Positions 10,613 to 24,800 of a stretch of DNA of 64,000 nucleotides are shown piece by piece. The translations under genes were made by a program, and so were the position numbers. This DNA comes from Parasitella parasitica NRRL 2501. Lineage: Eukaryota > Fungi > Mucoromycota. Numbering within the stretch: position 1 is the stretch's first letter; every line of letters begins with the position of its first letter. The notes below the pieces were generated by a model. The model was not told the DNA's origin and ran no database searches. It saw only the letters and a program-made list of their open reading frames with translations. The stretch spans positions 128,677-192,676 of the forward strand of contig MU619262.1 in NCBI GenBank assembly GCA_025201805.1, read 5' to 3'.

Positions 10613-13600
10613 TTAGATATAGGATTTAATTTCAGTTACAATACGTTGCAATTCGCGATTTTGAGCTAGATTATACGAGTTAATAGAGGGGGCGCATGCA
10701 AGAATAGAGTGTCAGTAACATACCTAGTACAGGGAGAATTTGCTTTAAAATGTCATTTTTTGTCAATGTACCCTGCTTGAACAAGTTAGTGAAAAACTGG
10801 CTTTTCATCGCTATTGCTTATTTACCATGATCGTAGGCTCCCACTTGGCAAACTCGGAGGCACTAAAAAAATATATATATATATATATATAAAAGAGGAG
10901 AGGAGAGGGTCAGAGATGTCTAAAAATCAAACCAATTGCCATGTGTGTAACTTTACGCAAAGGGAGGCCCCATAAGCCATTTACATAGTTCTTGTATTTT
11001 ATCGTGAGCATTCTCTTGAGACAGCTTTCTGGCATAGTACATCATCCAGTCTGAATATTCGTTTGGTGAATCCAACAGCGCGGCTACTGCTAATTGAGTC
11101 TACAAGTAATGAGCATTTTAGCTGCTGGGGGGTGCATTAGAGTGTGTCTCTCATTTTACCTCAATATGGCTAATTGTAATCACCGCCGCTGTGCTTTCAT
11201 CAGTGTTTGCAATGTCTAGAATCAATTTTGTGGTTGGATCTACCCCATTCCCATTCAATGTCATGCGAGAAGACAGCCAGCCCAGAGGATTTTCGGCTGG
11301 TTTGTAGCTATTTGATGATGGCTGCAAACCAGAGCCCCAAAACTCGGATATAATATACCAGGCGTCGCTGATTCTCAACCATACTTTCATATCTAAATGG
11401 TACACAAATGCTTGCTGTAGACTGGTAATTAAAATGGGAATGCCATTTTTCTGAATACGAACATCCTTAATATTGGCTGTTTTGTGCGCGGTGCCTTCTG
11501 TAAGTTTAGCTACTTGCAAAATAGGCGCAATGGATATTCCATCCAACGAATTTTTCAAATTCACAACGTCCCAAGTGTACAACAAGCCAGTGGCGGTTAA
11601 ACATATTAACCATTGCGACGAGCATTGCAGAATAACTGAGGTGCTCTCTAGTATAATAGGTGGTAATAGACGTCTTCCTGTTGCCGAATATATGACCAGA
11701 GATCCATCCTCGCATGCAACAACCGTGTATAAATGGTTTCCCGTCATCAGAATGGCTGCACTAGGGAGGTAGTCTTTCCAGAGAGCAGCTCCTTGCTTAC
11801 TTGCAATAACTTTGGTTCGAACGTGGACGGACGGATCCTGCAGACTAGGCGCATTATGACATTCAATAACAACAGTAGGTTCGCTGGGGTTTAGTTTAGA
11901 TGACAAGATAGATTTCACTTTAGGAACTCCCATCTTCACCTGGCTCTTTTGCACAACTGGCGGCACCACGGCCGAGTCCAGCCATTCTGGTCTACTTCTC
12001 GTTGGTTTATTGCCTCCTTCCGCTTCATTTTCATTTGAATCATCCTTCTTGCGTTTATTCCCGGTAGCTGTGGTTCCTACGCCAGAAGAGGGTATGGTGG
12101 GATTATCGTATAGTGTAGAACTGATATCTGATTGACTATGGCTACGCATATTAGAGGGTTGTGGCGTTGTTTGTGAAGATGTAGCTGTCGACGAGGTTGC
12201 GCTCAGCCTCATGGGCTGGATCCTCCGTTTGCCATTCTTTAAAATTGTAACTTTTTGTTCGGCAATCACTGTGGAAGTTGAAGATGCAAGTGGCGCCGAG
12301 TTGGATGCTATGCTGCTGCTGCTGTTGGAAGGTACAGAGGGCTCTGCATCTGTCATAGTGACATCGGCTGCATTACCACTGCTCTTTATTGTGGGCACTG
12401 ACAAAGTTTCTATGCTCGCATTCCCTGTCATTAGGTCGGCAAGTCTCTTGGATGTGGACGCTTTCGACACAATCGCAAAATCCTCTTCTAGTTCCAGCTG
12501 AGATGGGGTTTCTGGCAATTGTGTATTTTTTCGACCATAACCGTATTTTACCAGTTCTTTGTAAACAACGTCGTCTGGCGCAACATCATCCAATTCCTTG
12601 TCTAATAATATGCATGCAACTGTTCCGTCTTGCGAGCATGCAAACAGATTCTTTCCATCCGGTGTCCAGGCAATATCGTATACATTGTTGTCAAAAATGT
12701 CTGCTGCAACACATACAGGTCGGTTGAACTGCGTGACCCAAATAGAAATGCTTCTGTCTTGGCTTCCCAAAGCACAGATCGTTGCCAATGATTTCTCGGA
12801 TTCTTTGTCTCTTTGCACGTAAAACATCTTTGGGTTGTATGAGGTTATTTCTATAGGTAATTGGTGTCCCACAAGCGATACATCGGCATTCCAGTCGTCA
12901 CGATTGATAATTGCTGCGATACACTGGATGCCATTGACAGCGTTGGCAGCTGCAACGTGAGCTCCATCTGGCGACCAACTCAACCGCCTGAACAATGTCG
13001 TGCCTGGCGCGTTGATAAATGGGCTAATGAGATCCGCCTCTAATCCCCAATCTGATGTTCGAAATACTTTGACCATTTTGTCGTCAGACTACTCGCAAGC
13101 GTAAGTAGATCCATCCTCACTCAATCAATTCATCCCTACCTGCGAGGCGAGAAATTTCCCTGCTGGGTCCCACGTTACACCTTTTACGAAATCGCTATGC
13201 TGATCAATCTTGGTTATTTGCTCTATGTTGCAACACGTCAGTCATCTCATTGACAAGATCAGCCTTATCACATTACCAAACGTTGCTCCATTCCATACAA
13301 TCACAAATCCATCAACTCCACAAGATGCCAGGTACTTGTTGTCCTTTGACCAAGCCAAGTCTTGCACATCCGATTCATGACCTCTTAAATACTTGACAGG
13401 CCTCCACGCCTCATGATTTACGTCGTTGCTACCAAATACAGAGCCTGTCGTGGCGTTTCTGCTCGACATGTTAGAAAGCACCTCGCATACTTGCAATCCC
13501 ATGTCTCTCTGTTACCTGTCGCGTTCCCAAATGATGATGACATTATCATTGTCTGAACTGGAAGCCAAGTAGCGACCGTCTCCACTGGACCAACGAACAC

Positions 13601-13622
13601 ACAACACAGCACCTACAGCATA

Positions 13623-13664
<42 letters not shown>

Positions 13665-14079
13665 AAGGGCATGTTGGAACGAGTTTCTTATGCATACATC
13701 CAGCCGGAAAAAATAGGACCCATACCGTTATGCATAGTCATTGTACATAGCAACTTGTGACAGTTTGGATCTTTCTGGGCATCCTTTTCAAGAATTGGCT
13801 TTGTATTCCAAATTTTTACAGTGCCATCTATGCAATGTCAGCCTCAAACGAACGAGTCTGCAAGGATTGGCTACTTACCCAGACTCCCCGTGGCTAACCT
13901 TTGCCCATCAGGGTGTACATGTATCGAATAAATACAGGGTTTTTTATTCCTTGCATCTTGAGTGCGGTCTAGAAAGCAACGGATTTTGGACATTAAAAAA
14001 CACAAATACAAAGCTGGCTTGAGTGTATATTTCTTTCTTTACCTGCGTGAGAGACCCACTCTGGCTTAATGATCATCAT
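10613..14079 (-). CDS. HIR1: HIRA/Hir1 histone chaperone (WD40, B-domain, Hira C-terminal domain), multi-exon
   Basis: MMIIKPEWVSH start; SIHVHPDGQRLATG, LRGHESDVQDLAWS, FVKGVTWDPAG, FRRLSWSPDG; B-domain KNGKRRIQPM; C-terminal TISHIE...AQNRELQR; TAA at 10613. Confidence 0.92.
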
Positions 14080-14413
14080 CTTGTAAGATACGCGCGCTCT
14101 TGTTATTCAGTATAGTTTGTATTTTGTTATCGCCAAAAATCCAATGGTATATTTCACTGTATGCTGTATACAATGAACAGAGAGAGAGAGGGGATGATGG
14201 AAAAATGCAAAGTGTAGTCTATATTGAAGCAAATGGAAGCAGCGATGAAAAAATCAATTAAAAATACAAGATACGTGACGGCTAGGATGGGGGTCTTGTT
14301 GACCAAGGAAATCATAAATCCTCATGGCAACAGTAAGCTTGGAAAGTGGGTTGCATTTCAGCAATTGGATCGAAAAACAGAATCAAAATCCATCATTTTA
14401 GCTTTTTTTTTTT

Positions 14414-14443
14414 NNNNNNNNNNNNNNNNNNNNNNNNNNNNNN
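14414..14443. other. Assembly gap in a poly-T/(TTA)n tract
   Basis: Run of N. Confidence 0.95.
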
Positions 14444-14932
14444 TATTATTATTATTTGTAAGGTTGCCTTATTAGGGATGATGTATGGTTCCTGAGCTTT
14501 TGCTTTTGAATGATTCATGGATATTACATCTTTGCTCTCCATGCCGTTGACTTTCGATGAGCACTGCTTGTTAAAAATACGAGATTTTTTGCGGGTAAAA
14601 AAATATTGTGCCGCTGTTGTCAGAAACACATTGGCACTCTGAACGGTCAATGTACGGAGATCTAGCTGCCCCACCATGATAACGTTCGTCCAAAAAATTA
14701 AGCATATGCCATTTATACGATACCAATCTATTCAGGACCTCCTTTGATATATGCTTCTCTTCCTGAATCAACACTTTATTGTACATATTGGGTCAATTCC
14801 ATTTCTGGGTACATTGGCTGTTACTCCAAAGTCACACAAACAAAATATTGAAAACCAGGAAAACCAAATGGCAATGCCACATAACTCTTTTGGGCTCTTT
14901 TTCCTTTACTTTTACTGTTCAATTTGTTAAAA

Positions 14933-16399
14933 ATGGCCAATGCTGCCGGATTATTGACTATTGCTTTAGCTATTAGCTTGATTGGTAACTCTCTGCAATC
15001 ACAGTTTATTCAAGATGATATATTAGCATTTCCTCGCTACAAGGTAGAGGTTACCAGGGAAAAAGTATCCAACACAGATCTGAGCGCAAAGCACGCCGAG
15101 GTAAGAGTTTGGGTCGTCTCGCATCTTTTTTTACAGTCTAAATTTCTCTATCAAGGCTTTACCAAATACAATTGTTATGACATCTGCATTCGGTCAGCCA
15201 TTTTCTTGCATTATTCCAGACGTACAAGTTGAGCAAGACCGTCTAGAACGACAAAAAGAGGAAGCGACGCTAGAGGAGACTGAGCAAGAGGTAAATAAAA
15301 TCATAGAAAAAGGTCTCGAGCTACTGGAGCCGATTGGATCAAACTGCATTCGATTTTTCACCAGCGTAAGTGGGATAGACGCAAATGTGGATTACATAAA
15401 TTGACTGAATCCCAAAAGACACATCAGTATTGGGCCTACGAATATTGCCATAATCAATACGTCCGTCAATTTCACGTCGAACGCTCGCATGATGGTAAAG
15501 TGGAAAAGGAGCAGGAAACAGCTTCCTTCTTTTTAGGCCGTTACCCTGGTTTATCCAAGGGAAGTCTGATCAACGCGGACAAAAAAGCCATTGCTTCGAC
15601 AACAAAGAAACACTTTGCAGTAAAAACAGAATTGAAAAACAATGGAGATCAAAGATATTTGGTTCAGAAATGGGGCGACGGCTCAAAATGCGACCTAACT
15701 GATAAACCACGAGTCATTGAAGTGCAAGTAAGTGCAGACATAGCATTGATTTTGTGTGTGATGGTTAATTATTGAAAGTATCACTGTGACCTGCAAGGAC
15801 AAGACCGTGTATCCAGCTTTGTCGAATTATCAACATGCAACTATCAGATCGTCATTTCCACCCCTCGTTTATGCGAAGACATGAATCTTTCGCAGCGCCA
15901 TCATATTGAACCTCACAGAATTAAATGCCGACCTGTTGTGTCTGATCAATTGATCGAGCAAGAGCAGCAACAAGAGCAGCAACAAGAGCAAGAACAAGAG
16001 CAGGAGCAGAAGCAGGATAGGGAGCAACCAATAGCCAAACAAGACAATCAACAACAAATGGAAGCAAATGTAGAAGCAACACTTGCTACAGCTACCGCTA
16101 CCTCTGATAAACAATTACTTGAAATGATAAGCGATTTAACAGAGCAGATTAACCAACTTAAACTTCAAATGAGCTCTATGCCTTTTGACAATATGCAAGC
16201 TGATTTTTCTTTTTTCACTTTGGACAATCACGGAAATGTTATCCCAGGGGCCGATCTCGCCAGGCTGTTTTCTACTGCTAAACAATCTCAAAAGCAACCA
16301 CAAAAGGAACGAATAACTGCTAATGCCGAGAAAAGGCAGCGAGCCAAAGATCAATATGAGAATAAGCAGGCTTATCAACAAATGTACATTGCTGAATAA
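14933..16399 (+). CDS. OS-9/Yos9-like ERAD lectin (MRH domain), multi-exon
   Basis: Signal peptide MANAAGLLTIALAISLIG; DDILAFPRY; YWAYEYCHNQYVRQFH, QKWGDGSKCDLTDKPR and ELSTCNYQIVISTPRLC MRH motifs. No HDEL at the C-terminus. Confidence 0.85.
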
Positions 16400-16542
16400 A
16401 ATTACCCTTGACAATATCTGTGGAAGATTTGACCTATTTAAAAACCGCGCTCGACTGTTGTAGGACACCTAACAAAATTCTTTTTTTTTTGGGGGGGGAA
16501 GGTAGGTCCTATTTCTTTTCCTTGCATCTTGTTCTACTTGGT

Positions 16543-17200
16543 ATGGGCGCATCACAATCAAAGACACAGCAGCAGCAAAAAGAGCCTGTCATCTTTTATA
16601 ACCCTAATGTGCCACTTCAGGTACACGAAATCTAACATCACCAAGAAAATCTTTTTAATATCCAAACAGTTTTCTCAAAGTTTAGTTGGTTCACTCGAAA
16701 AGAAAGCAGAACAAACTACAGAACGAGTAGAAGCACGTCAAGTGGAAATTCTTGTCCGTCAACGTGTCGCCGAAGAGTTAGAAAAGATGAAGCACACGGA
16801 TTCGAAATTGAATGAAAGGTTTTATATCCAGTTATCCAAAGAAAATGCTGAAAAAGATCAGCTAAATGCTGTTAATACCGCCAAAGAGATTGATGCAATG
16901 GTAAAGCGTATTTCTAGGTAGGTCAACAATGGTATTTCCCAATACCCCGAGTAGTTTATTTACGGATTATACTAGATCAAGTTCAAAGGAGCTCCCGGCC
17001 CAAGTTAAAAAGTGTCAAGATGAGGTTATTGCATGCTACAAGTAAATACAAAAATTAGATGCTCTACAGTATTTCGCTTGACTAACACTCTATAAAGTAA
17101 CAATAAATCTAGATCTCTCGATTGCTGGGAGGAGGTTGCTGTTTTCAAGAAAGCCGTTGCTGAAGAACAAAAGAAATTCGTTGCTGCCCATCAAAAATAA
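16543..17200 (+). CDS. MIC19: MICOS subunit Mic19 (CHCHD3-like)
   Basis: N-myristoylation start MGASQS; PLQ|FSQSLV; coiled coil; C-terminal VIACY..NKSRSLDCWEEVAVFK cysteine pair; three introns. Confidence 0.8.
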
Positions 17201-20200
17201 TAATGATCCATGTTAATAAAAGTATTCTGCTTTATCTAAACTGACTGAAATGGCTAATCCAATGATAAGAGTTTTGTTTGCTGGTGATTCTTAAAAATAT
17301 ACGTTTCAAGTTACAATGCCATCGCATATTGCCGCATACTGAAATGATCTTTCACGAGCGTTTAAACATTTTATAATGCACATTTTACTATGTTCATAAT
17401 CGGTCTAATATATAGGCGTTCAAATAAAATTTTGATATGAAAATTTGCGTTTTCTGCTGATAGCTTTTGGATATATCGCATTTTCCACTCATAGAGACAT
17501 TTTTAGTATTAGATAATACTATACCGAGTTGTTACTATGCTTCCCAGGTTCTTCGATCGGGGTTGCATCGCGGTTCTACCGTTTCTTTAGCAAAAGTTAT
17601 ACGAGCAGATGTTTGAAATCATGGAAATCACAAAGCTTTTTGTACTAACTGCTTTTTATAACGAAATATAGACAGGAAAATAGCAATTAGAATTGAATAT
17701 TTTTATTTAGCTATTCCCAGATTAAATGAAAATCGAAAGTAGTGTACATTTCAAAGGTATTTACAGTTATTTGACTGTGCCGCAGCAATAGGACCTTGAT
17801 CTAGGATGGGGGATAATTAGGAAGGCCTTGAGCCCATCCGCAGGACTTGGTGGATAAGAGTTTACGAATCACCAGCAAGTCATGAGCCCAGATACGAATA
17901 AAGGATAAAAAGTTCTTCATAGTAGATTTTGTGGAAGAACATTCATCAGATTTCAACACCATTTCCAGGAACAAAATGTATAAATAACATGGCAAGGTCT
18001 CAGATCAGGGTCTCACATCAGTTTCAGGGTCTTACAGTATATGATGGGTAGTCATGATTTGCATCATGCAGTTAAATAGTATAACTATAGTGTAATGAAT
18101 ATGTATATAATACATCGAAAGATGCATTATGAATAAAAGTGTAATTTTTTGGTAGATTTATTTTATCAGACTTTTGACATAACCCAAAATACTATATGCT
18201 ATTACCACTATGCACTAGGATAAAGATCAGCCATTCAATGGCACCACTCATATCTCTTTGCCATGTCTAAAAAAGTCCTTCAATTCTACTACTCATTTCT
18301 GCTCATGCTCGCTTATGATGTATTATACCAAGTATAATACATTACCACAAAGATTTGGTCTATATCCTAAATAATATTATCATTATCCTATCCGTGCTGA
18401 AATATATTTCATGGCCTGATATTTTACTGTTCAGATGTGTTTATATTAATCATGATTTGATCTTTATTTTAGGGTCAATGATGATTAACAGTTATGATTC
18501 AAACCTTCTCATTTCAGTTTCAGTTGCATCATGATAAGATTTATTATACACTCTGTTGGGCCAGTGTCAAAGGGCGCAGCGAAATGTTGCTTAAATGTTA
18601 TATGAAAGAAGTGATAATGACTTTTTTTGAATAAAACCAGATACAAAAATGAAGACTTTTATTAACATAAGGTATGATCTCTATTTATACTAAAACATAT
18701 CCCAATCAATGTTTATCCACATAACATCTGTGTTGTGCCTGGTCTTGAAAATGAGCACAGCAGTTAATTGTATGTGATATAAAGGATATAAGAAATCAAT
18801 AAAGACTTGATTTACCAGATACAAAACTATTGATTTATTGATTGACAAGAAGCTGTTTATTTATATTAGAATAAATCTATCTGAATCAATCTATAAAATA
18901 CATTCAAATCATGTTTGACATTTAATTGTCAAACAAGTAGTCAGAACAAGGCCTATTATTTCTATATTTAATCAGCTAATCGTTATGAATGTGAATCATT
19001 CATCGATAAGTTGGACTTCGCAATTTAGAATAAGTATAAAACCCCAATAGATGGTTTCTAATACGAGACATATTCTATTCAATACTCCTATTTGCTAGAT
19101 AGAATAATCAATGGCCATTTAAACTTAGATCCGATCAGGAACGGTTGCCTTGACAACTTAGTTGAAATATTGGTAGCCATGGTAGAATACACAGTATTTC
19201 TATTGATATAAGATCTGGTTCTACTCCTGTACCTGATCAACATTAACAAATCGGCCATTATAATAGCTTCAGTTTCAATAATTACAGGGAACCAAAACAC
19301 AGAAACATCAAAGCACGTGATTTATTTCAAACTCCGGCACAGAAATCTGAAAAACGTTTGATGCAGGAAACTTTTGATAGAGACATTGCCCAGTGGAAAG
19401 CAACTTATGCTCAGATAGCGATGAATATACCTGTTCTTATGGCACATAAAAGACAGTGTTTATTTTGCTGTTTATTGAAGCGTATGGTCGATTATATGCA
19501 ATTCTGATATGTAAATATGTGATATCATCTGGTAACTGTATAAGTAGCGCCAAGTCAATTCTAAGTTTTCCAAGTGTTGGATGAAAAAAAGATAATAAAA
19601 CTAAAGGTTAACGAGATACGTTAACTTAAAGATAGTTTATTTAAGATCGAAATTGCATCTGCTTTTTACAACTACATAAATTTATGGTGACTTATTTAGA
19701 TTACTAATTGATAAGACTAATTCATAGTGACAATCTACATGACAAGGTACAATGTAAGGTTATACAACAAGGGCTACACGTCTTTGATCTGACAGTGCCT
19801 TAATCTTTATCCTGGTGCTCTCAGATCTGTGTTACTTACAGGAATAACCTTCTTGATTTGAAATAGAGACTTTATTCTCCAGTTTACACAAGCGTATCAC
19901 ATCACATCATTGAACAATCTTCAATATTTAAATTGAAGTATATTGCCATGATCTCTTATCTATAGTTATAGCAGATCACACTATATTTTACTGGTTTGAT
20001 CTTGGTTCTACATTTTAATTTTAAAAAAAGTTATGACCAAATGTGTATTATTAATGTGGGATAATTGCTGTAGTTTGAACTAATAGATTAATCATGTAGA
20101 TTTAATCAATATAGTAATATATACGGCCGTTTTTATCAATCACTGAAGTATCAAGAAGCTTTGTAACATGGTGAGCTAATAGTCTTTATATATTTCATTA

Positions 20201-21805
20201 TTAAACCAAACAGCTACTGTGCCTTCTCAGTCCTGGCACAATAATATTGATTCTGTTCTTATTACCACAATCGGAATTAGTCCGTCCACTGTGATATACT
20301 CTCCCCCAAGAACGGCATACAACGACGTCTCTTTTGAATTTTCTAATTTATAAGATGAGTTTGTGATTATAAACTATCTCATAACTCGAAAACTTTTTAC
20401 GTAAGTGTATTAAGAAATCTAATCATTTCAAGGAGTTTGTGATGTGTGGACTACTCCTCAATTGAAAATAGATACTCACTGGCAAAATATAGTCTTAAGC
20501 ATTTAGCTTTAAGGTATCAGGACATTCAGAGAAGATGAATGTCTAAAAAGATGTGTTTATTGCGTTTATTGCGTTTTGTGTCCTCTGTTCATAAACCTCA
20601 TTTAATCGTTTCATCATCGCTTCCTATTCCGATGTTTGCTTTTTCTTTTTCTAAATATTGCCATATCTCGCCAAATCACTACATTGATTATTAATTAATT
20701 AGTTCAGGGCTGATATTACCAAGATAAGTTACAATGGGTAGGATAGCCTGCCAAAAAATATTTGCAGATCCGGAATTGATTATACGATTTGAGATGGGGA
20801 TCCATCAATAGTAAAGTAGATGGTTTCTTCGTTTGGTTTCTATTCGGGAGACTACTGAGGCCATCAAGATATGGATTTAACAAATGGAAAGCATCAACGA
20901 TATTAAGTTCAATCCATATAAATGTTTTAATCGTGTTTCAGAGTACAGGTTACTTTATTAGATCAGTTTTATTACGTCAAAATCGACTTTAAATGACGGC
21001 AAGGGCGCCATCATGGCAAAAGCAACTTTCTGTCGGATGATATTTCTTCTTTTATGGGATTCAAGTGAAGGCTCGCTATATTATAAGGATTTTCATACTG
21101 ACAAAACACCGTTATCGTGTACCATCATAACAGACATGCAAAGCACCAAAATTTTCTATTGTATTCAGCATCCGATGGTAAAGTTGTTACAAAGACTCGT
21201 AGCCTTTTCCTTGTATTAAGATTACAAGCATGTGAATAGGAAGCTGCCATTTACAATTCAATGCATATTTATCAAGAAAATAATCGTTGAAAGGATACAA
21301 AATTTCTTTAAAGAAAACAGACTTTTTGTAGCTTTACTCAACATATTTTCAGGTTTGTGTTATCCATGCCATGGAGGGGTGAGGGCGTACTTTAGTTGGG
21401 CCCTTACTCTTTGATAAAAGAAATGTTGTAAACGTAAGATCTCTGGTTAATACGCATGCAATCTTGTTATCAATTCGAGTTTTAAATGTTTAGTCTGTTT
21501 CTAAATATGATATTTATCAACATGATGGAGTTCTGTACCCTTAAATAAAGTAGAAATTGCACCATGACGTACGACGACTTCCTTTTAAAACTTTTTGCAC
21601 TGTTTTTGAACTTTTTAGACTCTTTTTCGATTATCCTTTGGGTGTGTGAGTCTCTCTTTTGTGTTGTGATTTTCTCTTTGCTCCACTCTCCCTTTCTTCA
21701 TTTACATTGCTTGATTGAATGGTTTTTCAACATCAATATGTGGCAGGCAATTATGCTTTGCAGAAACCGGAAGCTTTACCCAACTATAGACTAAAGTTGG
21801 ACGCC

Positions 21806-24800
21806 ATGAAAATGCCCTCTATGGAACAGCCACAATCATCAGGACAACAGCAACAACAAGAACGCCATTATTTCTCTACTGTAAAATGATGTATATTGTA
21901 CATTCAAATGTGTTAATTAACTTGCGTAAATATTAGATCTTTAGTCATGATGATCCTGCTGCTTTTGCTTATTTCCAACAAGAGCTACAGCAGGCCTTAA
22001 TAAATCAAGCGACAGCGACAAGCATTGATCCTGCCAACTACATCCCACCACCACGGCAACAGCAACAAGAGCAATTACATCAGCAGATATTATTACATCA
22101 ACAACAACATCATCATCAAAGCTATAGTCATTATCAATCCAATCATTCTAGTAGTAGCTCTCAAAGACAATATATTCCACCCATTATGGTTCCACCGCAA
22201 TCGCCTACATTATCAAGCTATCATTTTGAGAGTGGATGGATGAATCAATATCATAGCCCAAAACGTAGACAGTATGTGTCAAGCAGAGTCAATCCAGATC
22301 ATTACCAAAGGTTATCTGAAAGGCAAGCTATGGATATGCTACAGCAGCAAGCGCAACAGCAGCAACAACAGCAACAACAGCAGCAAGCACAACAACAGCA
22401 ACGACAGCAACAACAGCAGCAACAGCAGCAACAGCAGCAACAGCAGCAGCAGCATTTGCATCAACAGCAATACATTTATCCCCGTGGTAACAAAAGATCG
22501 TATTCAACTGTATCAAATCAAAATGAAATCATTCAGCCTGCACTTGTTTTACCACACCATCATCAACAACATACACTTGATAATACTCAAAACTCATATC
22601 TATCGGCTGCTGCTGCTGCTGCTACTGCTGCTGCTGCGGTAGCTGCTGTTTCATCAGCATCGCAATCCATCATACCATCACAATTGCTGCTATCACCTAT
22701 TTCTACCAGTGCGGATGAATGGCGTGAAAGCCTACTTCAATATGCACATAACCTATACTCTGCTTCACCGCAAAACCCATATCTATTACCACTGCTACAT
22801 TCGTTGCATGATGCCTATCCAAGCCATTTACCAACACTATTACTATTAGCGTGTGTCTATTATTCATACCAGGATTATCAATCGTCGCTCAAATATAACA
22901 AGCTCATTCTAGAATACGATAAACATTATGTCGAGGCCATGAGCAATATTGGCACAACATTGCGAAGCATTGGACAAACTAAAGAAGCGGAGAGCTGGTG
23001 GTATCAAGCAGTTGAACTTCGACCTGGATACTGGGACGCCGTTGAAAACTTAGTTGGCGTTCTATGCGCCAAAAACGAAGATTCCAAAGACAATCCTCGG
23101 TACAAAGAAGCCTTGTCTGTTTGCGAGTTTGTGGAAAAGTTCTTTTTCAAGCAACAGCCGGCTGTGCTGAAGCAACCTCTTCAATTGCCCATTCATCAAC
23201 TTGCTCGTTTACAGAATCTGTTTTACGCAAAGGGTAACCTTAAATATGCTTTGGGGGATATTCAAGGGGCTCAAAGGGAGTACGAAAAAGGTTTAGAACT
23301 AGCCTTTGGTGGATTAGACCTCTTTTCTATCTGTAACTTGATTGCTTATGCATGCCACAGCTCAGCGACTGTTACCTCAACGACAAACAAATCAGGCGAA
23401 ATACCGCTGATCTTATTGCAACCAGATCAAGCTGTTCGTATCTTACAGATTGTATTTCCAAACTCTGGTGGTGCCTTGCCTAGTCTTATGAGCATAAGTA
23501 ACACTGCATCCAACAACCCCGAATCCATATCCACCATACAGCAGACAAATCAAACGACTTCCACAATCTTGTTGACGCTGTCGAAGCTGTTTCAGGACCT
23601 GATGAATCCTTCCACGCCTGAATTAGTTGCTGCTGCTGCAAGCGCCTCTTCTCTGGGAAAACAATCTTCTCTGTCCATGTTACTGCCACTGTACTATCTC
23701 AGTCTTGCTCTTCATCCAAGTCCATCTACTGCAAATAACCTTGGTATTATTCTCAGCAATATCCCAATAGCCGTTGCAACTCTAGCTGTCAAGCTACCCT
23801 CTACTCAGCATACTGCTCCCTTAACCGGCACCATGCTAGCGATGCAATACTACATGTATGGCTTACAGCTCGACCCTCGCCATCCTCACCTCTATACCAA
23901 TTTGGGCTCACTGCTAAAGGACATGGGACACTTGAGCGAAGCTGTTCGTATGTACGAAAAGGCAGTTGAATACAATCCTCGATTTGACGTTGCTTTGGCC
24001 AATTTGGGTAATGCCATCAAGGATTTGGGCCGAGTTCAAGACTCTGTTCAGTGGTATCGCCGTGCAGTAGAAGTCAATCCCAACTTTGTTGATGCTGTCT
24101 GTGGCCTAGTCAATTCTCTCAGCGGTGTATGTGATTGGCGTGGCAGAGGTGGTGTAGGCAACGAAGCTAGTGTGGATCAATACGGCCATTATTTCCCGTC
24201 TACAGGTGACAAGAGTGCCAAAAGCGGCTGGATCGGTCATGTGGTAGATATCGTTGAAAAGCAACTGGACGAAGGAGCTATTTGGGGTGCTGGTATCTTG
24301 AAAGTGGTTTACAACGGCCAGCATTCCAAAAAATCCAACGGGCAAGTATTAATCGAAAAAATGATGAGTTGCACCGGTGCAATGCACAACGCTGACAAGT
24401 GGAAATCTTACTTGGAGTTTTATGCGTCAAGTAATGATAAAACCAAAAGGAACGAAGGTGGTTGGGTGATTCGATTGATTGAACGCATTATTAGACGGCT
24501 GCAACGCAAATGGTATCTTGAGACGTATTCTCAAAGCAAAAACGATGGCTCTCAAAACAGAATTGTGGTAACACCTGAACTGGCAGAGAGATATGCGAGA
24601 CCTTTGATACCCAGTAGTTTGACAAGCCCTCCTGTGCCCACCGTTCTGCCATTTCATACGTTTACTTATCCGCTGACTGCTCGACAAATTCGACTGATTT
24701 CACACCGCAATGCTCTTCGCATTTCGCATACATCGCTGACTTCAGCTTGGGTGTCCCCGCATGTGTATCCTCCACCTCCACCCCCAGCGCCCTCGCTCAA

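Noticed and set aside
14224-14880. Short ORFs between the divergent HIR1 and Yos9-like genes
   Set aside because: No spliced model gave a recognisable protein, and the region is interrupted by an assembly gap.
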